Origin: an uncultured delta proteobacterium
GTDB lineage: Bacteria > Desulfobacterota > Desulfomonilia > UBA1062
Assembly: GCA_963752595.1 (NCBI GenBank)
Contig: CAVVYZ010000014.1
Span: 64,001 to 128,000, forward strand
DNA length: 64,000 nucleotides
Direction: 5' to 3'
In this document: positions 38,574 to 49,089 of the stretch, one piece after another
How positions within the stretch are numbered: position 1 is the first letter of the stretch
Layout: every line of letters starts with the position of its first letter
Position numbers and translations under genes: made by a program
Notes under the pieces: generated by a model
The model's input: the letters and a program-made list of their open reading frames with translations, nothing else
What the model was told of the DNA's origin: nothing
The model's database searches: none

Positions 38574-40273
38574 AGATCATCCGCATATTCTTTGTCCTGC
38601 TCTTAGCGGTCATCGGCGGCCGAGCTCTTGATCTCCAGGTCATCAAACCTGACAAGATCCTCACCCTTGCACATAAGAAGTTCGACCACAGCATCAAGCT
38701 GAGTTCCTATCGGGGGGCCATGTACGATAAAAGCGGTCAGCCGCTGGCTATCAGCCTTGATGTGAAATCCATTGCGGTAAATCCCCGGCTTATCGACAAC
38801 CCGGGACGCACAGCCTCCAAGCTCGCGAGAGCTCTGAAAATCAACGAGTCGTCTTTACGGAAGAGGCTCACTTCCTCACGATACTTCGTATGGATCAAAC
38901 GCCAGGTTCCGCCAGATGAGGTGGATGCCGTAGAAGCTCTGAAAATCAAAGGCGTCGGGTTCTATAATGAAGCGAAAAGGTTCTATCCCGAATGCGATTC
39001 CATGGCAAACGTGCTCGGGATCGTGGGAATCGACGGCCAGGGGCTGGAAGGTCTCGAACTCCTCTTTGACAATGTCCTCAAGGGAAAACCCCGGCAGATC
39101 GAGGCCCATAAGGACGGCATGGGAAGGATCATCTACGCCCGGGGGCTGCCGCCGGATGAGGCGAAGGACGGCTATACCCTCTGGCTGACCCTTGACCGGC
39201 GGCTCCAGTATATCGCCTACTCCGAACTCGAACAGGTCGTCAAAGCCCATAGCGCCCGTTCCGGCTTTGCCATCATCACCAACCCTGCAACCGGGGAGAT
39301 CTATGCACTGGTATCGTTCCCGAGCTTCAATCCGAATATCGGCCTGTACAGGACCATCGACGGCCACAGGAACCGGGCAGTGGTGGATCTGTACGAGCCG
39401 GGGTCTGTCATGAAGCCCATGTGGATTGCCTGGGGGATTGAAAGCGGGATCTTCAAGCCTTCCCAGACGGTTTTTTGTGAAAACGGGAAATATACCTACC
39501 ACCGGGTCGTCATCCATGACCATGAAAAGTACGGGTGGCTTCCCGTCAGCGACGTCATCAAATACTCAAGCAACATCGGAATCGTGAAGCTCCTCGACCC
39601 GGTCAAATCAGATGACATGTACGCGTGCCTCGATCTCATGGGCTTTACGTCGCAGACAGGCATCCAGTTCCCCGGCGAGCCCGAAGGCCAGATCAGGCAG
39701 CCCAAGCGGTGGACCATGGTGGATAAGGCAACGGTCTCCTATGGCCAGGGCTTCTCCGTGACCGGAGTCCAGCTCATCTCTGCCTTCAATTCCCTGGTCA
39801 ACGGAGGTACGCTCATGAAGCCGTACCTCATCGACCACATCACCGATGCCACGGGGAAAGAAGTGGAATGCTTCCGGCCGACCATAATAAGAAAGGTTCT
39901 GTCCCAGCATACTTCCGATCAAGTCCTGGAAATCCTCAAGGCCGTAGCCATGAAGGGAGGCACCGCCGAAGTTGCAAGCATGAACTCCTTCCAAGTATTT
40001 GGAAAAACAGGCACGTCACAGAAGATCGATCCCCTGACCGGATCTTACTCAAAAAAAGACTATGTTTCTACTTTCATCGGAGGTATTATCGACGCGAGCG
40101 GTAAGCCAAGGCTCACCATGGTTATCAGCATCAACGAGCCGCAGCTGTATTACTATGCGAGCGTCGTAGCCTGCCCTGCATTCAAGAATATCATGCAGAA
40201 AAGCACAAGCATCATGGATATGAGCCCGAACATCACGGTAGCCAGCAAAGGAGTAGAGGGTGAAGGCATCTGA
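38558..40273 (+). CDS. ftsI: Peptidoglycan D,D-transpeptidase FtsI (PBP3)
   Basis: RGAMYD, RFYP, GLEGLE, EPGSVMK, SSN, GKTGT. Confidence 0.93.
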   Translation: MEQRVKIIRIFFVLLLAVIGGRALDLQVIKPDKILTLAHKKFDHSIKLSSYRGAMYDKSGQPLAISLDVKSIAVNPRLIDNPGRTASKLARALKINESSLRKRLTSSRYFVWIKRQVPPDEVDAVEALKIKGVGFYNEAKRFYPECDSMANVLGIVGIDGQGLEGLELLFDNVLKGKPRQIEAHKDGMGRIIYARGLPPDEAKDGYTLWLTLDRRLQYIAYSELEQVVKAHSARSGFAIITNPATGEIYALVSFPSFNPNIGLYRTIDGHRNRAVVDLYEPGSVMKPMWIAWGIESGIFKPSQTVFCENGKYTYHRVVIHDHEKYGWLPVSDVIKYSSNIGIVKLLDPVKSDDMYACLDLMGFTSQTGIQFPGEPEGQIRQPKRWTMVDKATVSYGQGFSVTGVQLISAFNSLVNGGTLMKPYLIDHITDATGKEVECFRPTIIRKVLSQHTSDQVLEILKAVAMKGGTAEVASMNSFQVFGKTGTSQKIDPLTGSYSKKDYVSTFIGGIIDASGKPRLTMVISINEPQLYYYASVVACPAFKNIMQKSTSIMDMSPNITVASKGVEGEGI

Positions 40274-41714
40274 GATAGCCATGATCATTCAAGGCAGCAG
40301 GGTCAGGGGAGCAGAAAGGGAGTTTACGCGCCTCAAGGCGAATTCCCGCTCCATCGGCCCCGGAGACGCCTTCATTGCGCTCAAAGGAAGCATCTCGGAC
40401 GGCCATGCGTTCATTCCAAACGCCGTCCAGGCAGGGGCACCGGTCGTCATCTGCAACTACGGGTACCCAGACAACGGCACGGACACCACCCTGATCGAGG
40501 TTCCCGATACAAAGAAGGCCCTGAAACAGCTTCTCCCGATACTCTTCCCCCACGCCCGCCTTTCGAGATTCGTCGGAATAACCGGCACGAACGGCAAGAC
40601 GAGCATTACCTATCTCATCGAATCCATACTCAAGTCTGCCGCGATGAGCCCCGGTGTGATCGGCACTATTAATATGAGGTATACCGGGATCAGCATCCCC
40701 TCGGATGTGACCACTCCCGGGCCCATCGACCTCTTCGCACAGCTCAATACCATGGGCCTTGCCGGCGTGGATGCCTGCGTTATGGAAGTAAGCTCCCATT
40801 CCCTGGACCAGGACAGGATCATGGGGATTACCTATGACTGCGCCGTGTTTACGAACCTCACTCAGGATCATCTCGATTATCACAAGGATATGGAAACTTA
40901 CTTCCTGGCCAAGAAAAAACTGTTCTCAGCAGAATACCTTTGCGGCACATCAATCATCAATGCGGACGACGCTTACGGCCGGAGGCTTATCTCAGAGGCA
41001 CCTAAGGTAATTGCCTACGGGAAAAACAATGATGCTGCAATCCACATACAATCGCTTCAGAATACACCTGACGGCTTGATTATGGAGCTTTCCAGCCCCG
41101 TGGGCACCCTTCCCCTGCGCTCTCACCTCAGGGCTGAAATCAATGCATACAATATCATGGCCTCGGTGGGAGCGGCGATTGCCCTGGGAATCAAATCCGA
41201 TGCCATCGTTTCCGGTATAGAAGAGCTTGAGCAGGTCCCCGGCAGGCTCGAGCCGGTCAGGAATCCCTACGGACTCAATATCCTGGTCGACTATGCCCAT
41301 ACGCCGGATGCCCTTCAAAACGTCCTGAAATCCGCTCGCGCCTTTACGAAAGGAAGGCTCTTATCGATCTTCGGCTGCGGAGGAGACAGGGACAGAGGTA
41401 AAAGGCCGATCATGGGATCCATCGCTTCCAGTCTTTCGGACCATGCGATCATCACATCGGATAATCCACGCTCCGAGGAGCCGCTTGCCATCATAGACGA
41501 CATCCTTAAAGGAATCGGAGACAGAGCCAAAGTTTCCATCGAGCCCGACCGGGAGCAGGCAATCAGGCAAGGCGTAGCAATGATGAAGGAAAATGACTGC
41601 CTTGTTGTAGCTGGGAAAGGACACGAAACATACCAGATCATCGGATCTGAAAAGAAGTCTTTTGATGACAGAGAGTGCGTCCGCAAATGCTTAAGGGAGA
41701 TATACGGTACATGA
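40260..41714 (+). CDS. murE: UDP-MurNAc-tripeptide (meso-DAP) ligase
   Basis: TGTNGKT, MEVSSH, DYAHTPD, DNPR (DAP specificity motif). Confidence 0.96.
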   Translation: MKASEIAMIIQGSRVRGAEREFTRLKANSRSIGPGDAFIALKGSISDGHAFIPNAVQAGAPVVICNYGYPDNGTDTTLIEVPDTKKALKQLLPILFPHARLSRFVGITGTNGKTSITYLIESILKSAAMSPGVIGTINMRYTGISIPSDVTTPGPIDLFAQLNTMGLAGVDACVMEVSSHSLDQDRIMGITYDCAVFTNLTQDHLDYHKDMETYFLAKKKLFSAEYLCGTSIINADDAYGRRLISEAPKVIAYGKNNDAAIHIQSLQNTPDGLIMELSSPVGTLPLRSHLRAEINAYNIMASVGAAIALGIKSDAIVSGIEELEQVPGRLEPVRNPYGLNILVDYAHTPDALQNVLKSARAFTKGRLLSIFGCGGDRDRGKRPIMGSIASSLSDHAIITSDNPRSEEPLAIIDDILKGIGDRAKVSIEPDREQAIRQGVAMMKENDCLVVAGKGHETYQIIGSEKKSFDDRECVRKCLREIYGT

Positions 41715-43083
41715 AGCTCAAAGCATGGGAAATTGCTGAGTGCACACAGGGAAGCATTGCTTCGGGAAACCCTGAAACCTGCTTCACGGCAGTATCAACG
41801 GATTCAAGGACGGTTTCACAGGGTGACCTCTTCATCGCGCTTGAGCGGAGAAAACTTCGACGGCCATGTGTTCGTGGCCGAAGCCGTCTCAAAGGGCGCG
41901 GCCGGCGCAGTCGTGATGAGAGAAGGTATGCGCGGCAAGGGAACCATCATCTCCGTTGATGATACCCTGGCAGCACTGGGCAATATCGCCGGATATGTGA
42001 GGCGGCAGTTCAACCCCCTTATCGTGGGCGTTACCGGCTCTACCGGCAAGACGACCGTCAAGGAACTGTGCGCATCGATCCTCTCCCTTGACGGAGAATG
42101 CCTCAAGACGGATAAAAACTACAACAATCTCATCGGCGTCCCTCTGTGCCTGCTCACGCTGAACGATGCGCACAAGTATGCCGTCATCGAAATGGGCACG
42201 AACCGCTTCGGCGAGATCGACCGGCTCTCATCCATTACCCGTCCCAATGCCTCGATCCTGACCAACATCAACCCGGTGCACTTAAGCGGCCTCAGGAGCA
42301 TCTCCGGCATCATCAAGGAGAAGCAGGCAATTTTTAAGAATACCATGAAGGACGGGTTCGCCGTCATTGATCCCCACCATGGAGCACATGGACAAGGTGG
42401 AGATTCCGGGCAACCTGAACGTTATCACCTACTCCACATCAGGACCTGCGGATGTGACATTGAACAAAGTTCTCTACCAGGGTCTCGACGGCACGGAGAT
42501 CAGCATGGGTATCGGCGGAGAAGTCGTCCATACGCACGTCCCGCTGCCGGGAATGCACAATGTGTCCAACGCCCTGGCTGCAGCAGCCTGCGCCATGGGG
42601 CTGCATATCGACCCTGAGAAAATTTCAAAGGGCATCATGGATGCCAGGTTCCCGGGCATGCGTTCGGAGATCATCGTCTCCGACCACATTTCCATCATCA
42701 ACGACTCCTACAATGCCAATCCGGCATCCGTGAAGGCTGCCCTGCAGATGCTCACGTCATCCCCCCACAGTTTCCGGGTAGCGGTTCTCGGCGATATGCT
42801 GGAGCTGGGGAACGAGGCAGAGTACTGGCACATGCAGCTGGGCCAGTGGGTCGCACAGACCGGCATCGACAGGCTCGTCGTTACCGGAGAGATGTCCGGA
42901 ATCATCTCGGAATCGTCGATCAAAAACGGCATGGATGCCGGGAGAGTCCACATTGCAAAGGACTTAAGCGAGATTATCGCATGCCTTTCGGATGTGCTCG
43001 ACAAGGACGCCATCGTCCTGGTCAAGGCCTCCCGGGCTTTGCGCCTGGATGAAGTGGTAACCCATCTGAAGGCGGTGGCATAA
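41711..43083 (+). CDS. murF: UDP-MurNAc-pentapeptide ligase MurF, two apparent +1 frameshifts (about 41842 and 42375)
   Basis: STDSR..GDLFIAL / GENFDGH..TGSTGKTTVKE..EMG / NDSYNANP..GDMLELG..VKASR spread over three frames. Confidence 0.92.
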
Positions 43084-44163
43084 GTGATCTATCATCTCCT
43101 CTATCCCCTTCACGCCGACTTCATCTTCTTTAACGTCTTCAAGTACATCACCTTCCGGGCCATCTATGCCACGATTACGGCGCTCATCATCAGCCTAGTG
43201 CTGGGGCCGTGGTTCATCAGGAAGCTCACGGAGCTCAAGCTCAAAGAACGGATCAACGGCAACTGCCCGAAGACCCACGCGGGAAAATCCGGCACCCCCA
43301 CCATGGGCGGTATGCTCATCATCTTTGCCGTGGCGCTCTCGACGCTCCTGTGGGTCGATCTCAAGAATCTCTACATGTGGCTCGGGATGCTCATACTCCT
43401 GACCTTCGGCCTCGTGGGTTTCGTCGATGATTACATAAAGACGGTCAAGGGGAACATGCACGGCGTATCCGGACGTGTACGGCTCCTCATAGAATTCGCC
43501 GTGGCAGCGATAGTGGGTTATGTGCTTGTCAACATCCCCGGGTTCGACCGCTCCATCGTGATACCCTTCTTCAAGCACTTGACCATCAACCTGGGCGTAC
43601 TTTACATCCCCTTCGCCATGCTCGTGATCGTGGGCTCCGCAAATGCGGTCAATCTCACCGACGGTCTTGACGGCCTGGCGATCGGGCCGGCCACCATAGC
43701 GGCGGCTACATATCTCATCTTTGCCTATGTGACCGGGAACATCAAGGCGGCCACCTACCTCCAGTTCCCCTTCTTCTCGGGAGTGGGCGAACTCGCCATC
43801 TTCCTCGGCGCCGTTGTGGGCGCAGGCATGGGGTTCCTCTGGTACAATTCCTATCCTGCCCAGATGTTCATGGGCGATGTCGGTTCCTTAAGCCTTGGAG
43901 GCATCCTGGGCGCCGCGGCGCTGATGACGAAGCAGGAAATCCTGCTGCTGGTGGTCGGCGGGATATTTGTCATGGAAGTCGTGTCCGTGATCCTTCAGGT
44001 GGGCTTCTTCAAGTACACCAACGGCAGGCGGATATTCAGGATGGCACCCATCCATCATCACTTCGAGCTCAAAGGATGGCCGGAGCCCAAGATTATCGTG
44101 AGGTTCTGGATCATATCCATATTTTTGGCCATGCTGGCCATATCGACACTGAAATTGAGGTAA
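43084..44163 (+). CDS. mraY: Phospho-MurNAc-pentapeptide transferase
   Basis: [36 protein letters not shown]. Confidence 0.97.
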   Translation: MIYHLLYPLHADFIFFNVFKYITFRAIYATITALIISLVLGPWFIRKLTELKLKERINGNCPKTHAGKSGTPTMGGMLIIFAVALSTLLWVDLKNLYMWLGMLILLTFGLVGFVDDYIKTVKGNMHGVSGRVRLLIEFAVAAIVGYVLVNIPGFDRSIVIPFFKHLTINLGVLYIPFAMLVIVGSANAVNLTDGLDGLAIGPATIAAATYLIFAYVTGNIKAATYLQFPFFSGVGELAIFLGAVVGAGMGFLWYNSYPAQMFMGDVGSLSLGGILGAAALMTKQEILLLVVGGIFVMEVVSVILQVGFFKYTNGRRIFRMAPIHHHFELKGWPEPKIIVRFWIISIFLAMLAISTLKLR

Positions 44164-44168
44164 GGCTT

Positions 44169-44303
44169 ATGAAAGAAAAAGAGACCGAACTCGATTACTT
44201 GCAGATGCTTATCAGATTCTACATGGATCATGAGGACAAGGTGATCGCCTCGCTCCTCATGAGGATCAGCCAGAGCATAGAAAGGATGAAAGCTTGCGCA
44301 TAG
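44169..44303 (+). CDS. Small hypothetical protein (44 aa) between mraY and murD
   Basis: MKEKETELDYLQMLIRFYMDHEDKVIASLLMRISQSIERMKACA fills the gap and overlaps the murD start. Confidence 0.5.
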   Translation: MKEKETELDYLQMLIRFYMDHEDKVIASLLMRISQSIERMKACA

Positions 44304-45571
44304 TAGTTTGGGGGACAGGTCAAACAGGCCTGTCCACGGCAGAAGAAATGATCAGACAGGGTCATGAGGTACGCCTCGTGGACGAGAAGGTTCCCAAGGA
44401 TTTGGGGAGTATGCCGGTCAAGTTATTGGAAAGGGAAGATATCCAATGGGCCGATCTCGTGATCCCGAGCCCCGGAATACCGAGGTTCCACCCCCTCTTA
44501 AAGGAAGCAAAGGCGGTGCTTTCCGAGATAGAAGTCGCTTCATCGCTTCTGACAGGAACCCTGATCGCCATCACCGGTTCGAACGGCAAGACAACGACCA
44601 CGACACTCATCCACAGAATCCTTGAGAAGGCAGGCCTCGATGCCGGGATCGGGGGCAACATCTCGCCGCCTTTAATCTCGCTGGTGCAGCGGAATCCCCG
44701 GTACGTCGTTGCCGAGATCAGCTCCTTCCAGCTCGAATGGATAGAAAAGTTCAGGCCGCAGATCTGCGTCTGCCTGAATATTACGCCCGATCACCTCGAC
44801 AGGTACCGGGATATCGACGAGTACGTCTTTTATAAAAAGATCATCTTCAAAAACCAGGTGGAGAGCGACATAGCCGTGGTAAGCGATGACGACCCCTATC
44901 TGAAGGACCTCGAAGGCACGGCGAAAAGGGTAGCCTTTTCGTTCTCACGACCCACAACCACTGACGGGGCATTCATCGAGGGCTCGCGCATATACTTCCA
45001 GGGCAGCATCGAAGGGCCCGGACCAAAGGTTCCGGACGGCAGCCATATCAGCAAAGGCCTGAAGGAGGACATGCTCGCCTCGGCCCTGGTAGCCAGGCTC
45101 CTGGGGGTGGATTCAAAAGCGAGTGAAGAGGTGTTTGCAGCTTTCAAGGGAATCCATCACCGGTTCGAGTACGTGGCAACCGTCAAAGGGGTGACCTTCA
45201 TCGATGATTCCAAGGCAACCAACGTGGGTGCCGTGGATACGGCACTTGCCGGCATGGAGGGCCCAGTCATCCTGATCCTCGGAGGGAAGGACAAAGGCGG
45301 TGACTTCCGCCCCATTGCAGAGCAGCACAAGGAAAAGATCCGTAAATGCTTCGTCATCGGCGAGGCTAAAGAGAGGATCATGGGCGAGGTATCGGGCATT
45401 GTCGATGCCGTGCCTGTTGCCGATATGCTGCAGGCCGTAACGCTGGCATTCGAAAGCGCCAGAAGCGGGGATACGGTTCTTTTGAGCCCGGGATGTGCCA
45501 GTTTCGATATGTTCAAGAGCTATGCTCATAGAGGAGAAGTGTTTCAGGGATGCGCGCACGCGATCAAATAG
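44294..45571 (+). CDS. murD: UDP-MurNAc-L-Ala-D-Glu ligase
   Basis: SPGIP, TGSNGKTT, EISSFQLE, DDSKATN, SPGCASFD; TTG start. Confidence 0.95.
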   Translation: MRIVVWGTGQTGLSTAEEMIRQGHEVRLVDEKVPKDLGSMPVKLLEREDIQWADLVIPSPGIPRFHPLLKEAKAVLSEIEVASSLLTGTLIAITGSNGKTTTTTLIHRILEKAGLDAGIGGNISPPLISLVQRNPRYVVAEISSFQLEWIEKFRPQICVCLNITPDHLDRYRDIDEYVFYKKIIFKNQVESDIAVVSDDDPYLKDLEGTAKRVAFSFSRPTTTDGAFIEGSRIYFQGSIEGPGPKVPDGSHISKGLKEDMLASALVARLLGVDSKASEEVFAAFKGIHHRFEYVATVKGVTFIDDSKATNVGAVDTALAGMEGPVILILGGKDKGGDFRPIAEQHKEKIRKCFVIGEAKERIMGEVSGIVDAVPVADMLQAVTLAFESARSGDTVLLSPGCASFDMFKSYAHRGEVFQGCAHAIK

Positions 45572-46671
45572 CGCAAGCGATCGATTTTGACATGATTTTC
45601 CTGGTGACCACGCTCATGCTGCTGGTCATGGGGAGCATCATGATCTTCTCCTCGAGCTATTTCCTTTCAAAGGAAACATGGGGCAACAGCACCATCATGA
45701 TCAGGAACCACCTCATCCGCCTCGCCATCGGCCTGGTGGTTATGGCAGGACTCATCCGGATCGACTACAGGCGGTTCAATACCCGTGCATTCGTTGTGCC
45801 CCTCCTCACTGCAGGGTTGATTGCCTGTGTTCTCTGTTTTGTCCCGGGCATCGGCATCGAGGGAGGCCATGCCAAAAGATGGGTGCGCTTGTTCTTCGTG
45901 ACCGTCCAGGCCTCGGAGATCGTCAAGGTCTCCCTTATTTTCTATCTTGCCTTCTATCTTTCAAAAAAATCTAAAAAGATCGAAGACTTCAAGTACGGGG
46001 CCATGCCGGTTCTCGGGGTCGTGTGCGTCAATGCCCTGCTTATCTTCATCGAACCGGACTTCGGCACCACGGCTACGATTATGATCTGGTCGCTCTTCAT
46101 CCTGTTCATTGCCGGCATGCGGCTGAAACACCTGCTTCTCATTACCCTCGGGGGCGTCCCGATCGGCATCGGGATGCTGCTCCTGAAACCTTACCGGAGG
46201 GCCCGCCTCCTGTCTTTCATGAATCCGTGGGAAGATATGCAGGGCATGGGATACCAGATCATTCAATCCATGGTGGCCTTTGCCAACGGAGGTTTTCTGG
46301 GCTCAGGTCTTGGAGAGGGGACGCAGAAAATGTTCTTTCTCCCTGCGCCGCACACCGACTTCATCTTTGCGGTCCTCGGAGAAGAACTCGGCTTCATCGG
46401 TGTCATCTTCGTGGTATGTCTTTTCGGGATCTGGATCTGGAGAGGCTTTACGATTGCCCTTGCCACGAACGACTCATTCGGCTTTTTCCTGGCTATATCC
46501 GCTGTTTCACTCGTGGGACTGCAGGCCATTTTAAATATGGGGGTTACCCTGTCCATCTTCCCCAATAAAGGGATTCCGCTGCCCTTCTTCAGCTATGGAG
46601 GGTCGAGCCTGATGGGAGTGCTTGTCATCTCGGGCATCGTGCTCTCGGTGTCTAGGGGGGCAAGGATATGA
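45550..46671 (+). CDS. ftsW: SEDS peptidoglycan polymerase FtsW
   Basis: AKRW, EPDFGT, GYQIIQS, HTDFIF, PFFSYGGSS. Confidence 0.95.
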   Translation: MRARDQIAQAIDFDMIFLVTTLMLLVMGSIMIFSSSYFLSKETWGNSTIMIRNHLIRLAIGLVVMAGLIRIDYRRFNTRAFVVPLLTAGLIACVLCFVPGIGIEGGHAKRWVRLFFVTVQASEIVKVSLIFYLAFYLSKKSKKIEDFKYGAMPVLGVVCVNALLIFIEPDFGTTATIMIWSLFILFIAGMRLKHLLLITLGGVPIGIGMLLLKPYRRARLLSFMNPWEDMQGMGYQIIQSMVAFANGGFLGSGLGEGTQKMFFLPAPHTDFIFAVLGEELGFIGVIFVVCLFGIWIWRGFTIALATNDSFGFFLAISAVSLVGLQAILNMGVTLSIFPNKGIPLPFFSYGGSSLMGVLVISGIVLSVSRGARI

Positions 46672-47726
46672 GACTCCTCATCACAGCCGGTGGGACCGGT
46701 GGGCACATCATGCCCGCCATGGCCATCGTAGAGGCCGTCAGAGATAAAGATCCCGAGGCGAAAATACTCTTCGTGGGAACGAGCAGGGGCATGGAAGAAC
46801 AAATCGCGCGAACCTACAGCTTGGACTTTGTAGCACTCGATGCATTGGGGATAAAGGGCAAATCCCCGATGCAGGTCGTTCGGGCTGCAGGAGTGAATGC
46901 ATCTGCCTTTATCCGTGCCTTGAAGGTCGTACGGTCTTTCAAGCCCGACTGGGTAGTGGGCACCGGCGGTTACGTTACCGGAATGGTGGTGCTCGCCGGC
47001 CGTATGCTCGGTGCAGGCTGCGCCATCCAGGAACAGAACAGTTTCGGCGGCCTGACCAATCGCATCCTCTCACGGCTCGTACAGCGGGTATTTCTCGCTT
47101 TCCCCGACAGAACAGGCGCATTCCCGGAATCGAAGAGCATCGTGAGCGGCAACCCTGTACGGAAAGGCATTGTCCGCGATGAGAAGAGAGGGCTCGGGGA
47201 TTATCTCCTCATCCTGGGAGGCTCTCTTGGGGCAAGCAGCATAAACGAGGCCGCAGTCAAGGCCCTGCACATACTCAAGGAAGAAGGCCATGCCTTCCAG
47301 GTCGTCCACCAGAGCGGCGCCAGAGACTACCAGGCGGTGCAGGATGCATACCGGCAGATGGGGCTGTCTGCCGTTGTGCATGACTTCATCGGCGACATGA
47401 ACCCTGTCTACAACGGCGCCCGCATGGCGGTCTGCAGGTGCGGGGGGCTGACCCTGTCCGAGCTTTCCGTCACAGGCCTGCCTGCGATCATGGTCCCCTT
47501 CCCCCACGCTGCGGATGATCACCAGATGAAGAACGGACGGTATGTGGAAGCCCATGGCGGCGGATGGATCATCCCGGATGAGCACCTGAAACCGGAGAGA
47601 CTCGCCCTTGAGATAAAGAAGAGATTCTTTGATGATGATATGCTGAAGAAGGCAGCATCAAACCTCTTGGCGTTGCACCTGGGAAACGGCTCAAAGATCA
47701 TAGCGGAGGAGATCATCGGTGTTTAG
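46668..47726 (+). CDS. murG: Lipid II GlcNAc transferase
   Basis: GGTGGH, GGYV, EQN, GNPVR, GGSLGA, HQ..N. Confidence 0.96.
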   Translation: MRLLITAGGTGGHIMPAMAIVEAVRDKDPEAKILFVGTSRGMEEQIARTYSLDFVALDALGIKGKSPMQVVRAAGVNASAFIRALKVVRSFKPDWVVGTGGYVTGMVVLAGRMLGAGCAIQEQNSFGGLTNRILSRLVQRVFLAFPDRTGAFPESKSIVSGNPVRKGIVRDEKRGLGDYLLILGGSLGASSINEAAVKALHILKEEGHAFQVVHQSGARDYQAVQDAYRQMGLSAVVHDFIGDMNPVYNGARMAVCRCGGLTLSELSVTGLPAIMVPFPHAADDHQMKNGRYVEAHGGGWIIPDEHLKPERLALEIKKRFFDDDMLKKAASNLLALHLGNGSKIIAEEIIGV

Positions 47727-49089
47727 AGGAATTCGTAACATTCACTTCGTCGGTATCGGAGGGATCGGCATGAGCGGTATTGCCGAACTCCTCATCAACT
47801 TAGGATTCAAAGTATCGGGTTCCGATGTCGCAGACTCGGATACGGTCTCCCGGCTCCGTTCTTTCGGTGCCCGGATCGAGATCGGTCATGATGCAAAAAA
47901 TCTGGGCGATGCCCAGGTCGTGGTCTATTCGTCCGCAGTGGCACCTGACAATCCGGAGTGCTTTCTGGCAAAGAGCAAGGGCCTGCCGGTGATTCCCCGG
48001 GCAGAGATGCTCGCGGAGATCATGAGGATGAAGCAGTCCATCGCGATTGCAGGGACTCACGGCAAGACCACGACGACCTCCATGCTGGCAACGGTCCTGG
48101 CGCTGGCAAATCTCGATCCCACCGCCGTGATCGGCGGCAAGCTGGATATGTTCGGGTCCAATGCCCGCCTCGGCGAAGGCAAGCTGCTCGTGGCGGAAGC
48201 GGACGAGAGCGACCGCTCCTTCCTGAAACTGGCCCCCATCATCGCCGTGGTCACCAACATCGAGAAGGAGCACATGGATTGCTACCTCGACCTGAGCGAC
48301 ATCCTCGATACCTACGTGCAGTTCATGAACAAGGTGCCCTTCTTCGGGTTCAACATGGTCTGTCTCGATAATGAGAACATCCAGCAGATCCTTCCCCGCC
48401 TCGAGAGGAAGGTCATCACTTACGGATCCCACACCCAGGCTTTGTACCGGTATTCCGAGCCTTCCTTTGACGGCCTGAAATCGCGGTTCATCGCCCACCG
48501 GAACGGCGGCACGCTCGGCGAAGTGAACTTAAACGTTCCCGGCATCCACAACTGTCTCAATTCTCTCGCCGTCATCGGCACAAGCATCGAGCTCGGCCTC
48601 GATTTCGAAGTCGTCAAAAAAGGGCTCGAGGCGTACAAAGGCGTCCAGCGCAGGGCCCATGTCCGGGGCGAGAAGAGCGGGATCATGGTCATGGACGACT
48701 ACGGCCACCACCCGACGGAGATCAAGGCAACGCTTCGCGCCATGAAGAACGGTTTTTCCGGACGCCGGCTGGTCGTGGTATTTCAGCCGCACCGGTACAC
48801 GAGGACGAGGGACCTCTTCGATGATTTCGTCACTTCTTTCTACGATGCTTCGAAGCTCCTCATCACCGGCATCTATCCCGCGTCCGAGAAACCCATCGAA
48901 GGGGTATCCGGCGAGAGCCTGTGCGACAGCATCAAAAAACACGGCCATCGAAATGTCTGTTATGTGGAAGACAAGGACCGCATACCGGAGAGGCTCTTAA
49001 AAGATCTCAAGCAGGGCGACCTCGTCCTTTTCCTCGGGGCGGGCGATGTCTGGAGACAGGGAGTAAAGCTTCTGGAGATGATCGGATGA
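47719..49089 (+). CDS. murC: UDP-MurNAc-L-Ala ligase
   Basis: GIGGIGMSG, GTHGKTTT, EADESD, DDYGHHPTE, FQPHRY. Confidence 0.97.
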   Translation: MFRGIRNIHFVGIGGIGMSGIAELLINLGFKVSGSDVADSDTVSRLRSFGARIEIGHDAKNLGDAQVVVYSSAVAPDNPECFLAKSKGLPVIPRAEMLAEIMRMKQSIAIAGTHGKTTTTSMLATVLALANLDPTAVIGGKLDMFGSNARLGEGKLLVAEADESDRSFLKLAPIIAVVTNIEKEHMDCYLDLSDILDTYVQFMNKVPFFGFNMVCLDNENIQQILPRLERKVITYGSHTQALYRYSEPSFDGLKSRFIAHRNGGTLGEVNLNVPGIHNCLNSLAVIGTSIELGLDFEVVKKGLEAYKGVQRRAHVRGEKSGIMVMDDYGHHPTEIKATLRAMKNGFSGRRLVVVFQPHRYTRTRDLFDDFVTSFYDASKLLITGIYPASEKPIEGVSGESLCDSIKKHGHRNVCYVEDKDRIPERLLKDLKQGDLVLFLGAGDVWRQGVKLLEMIG

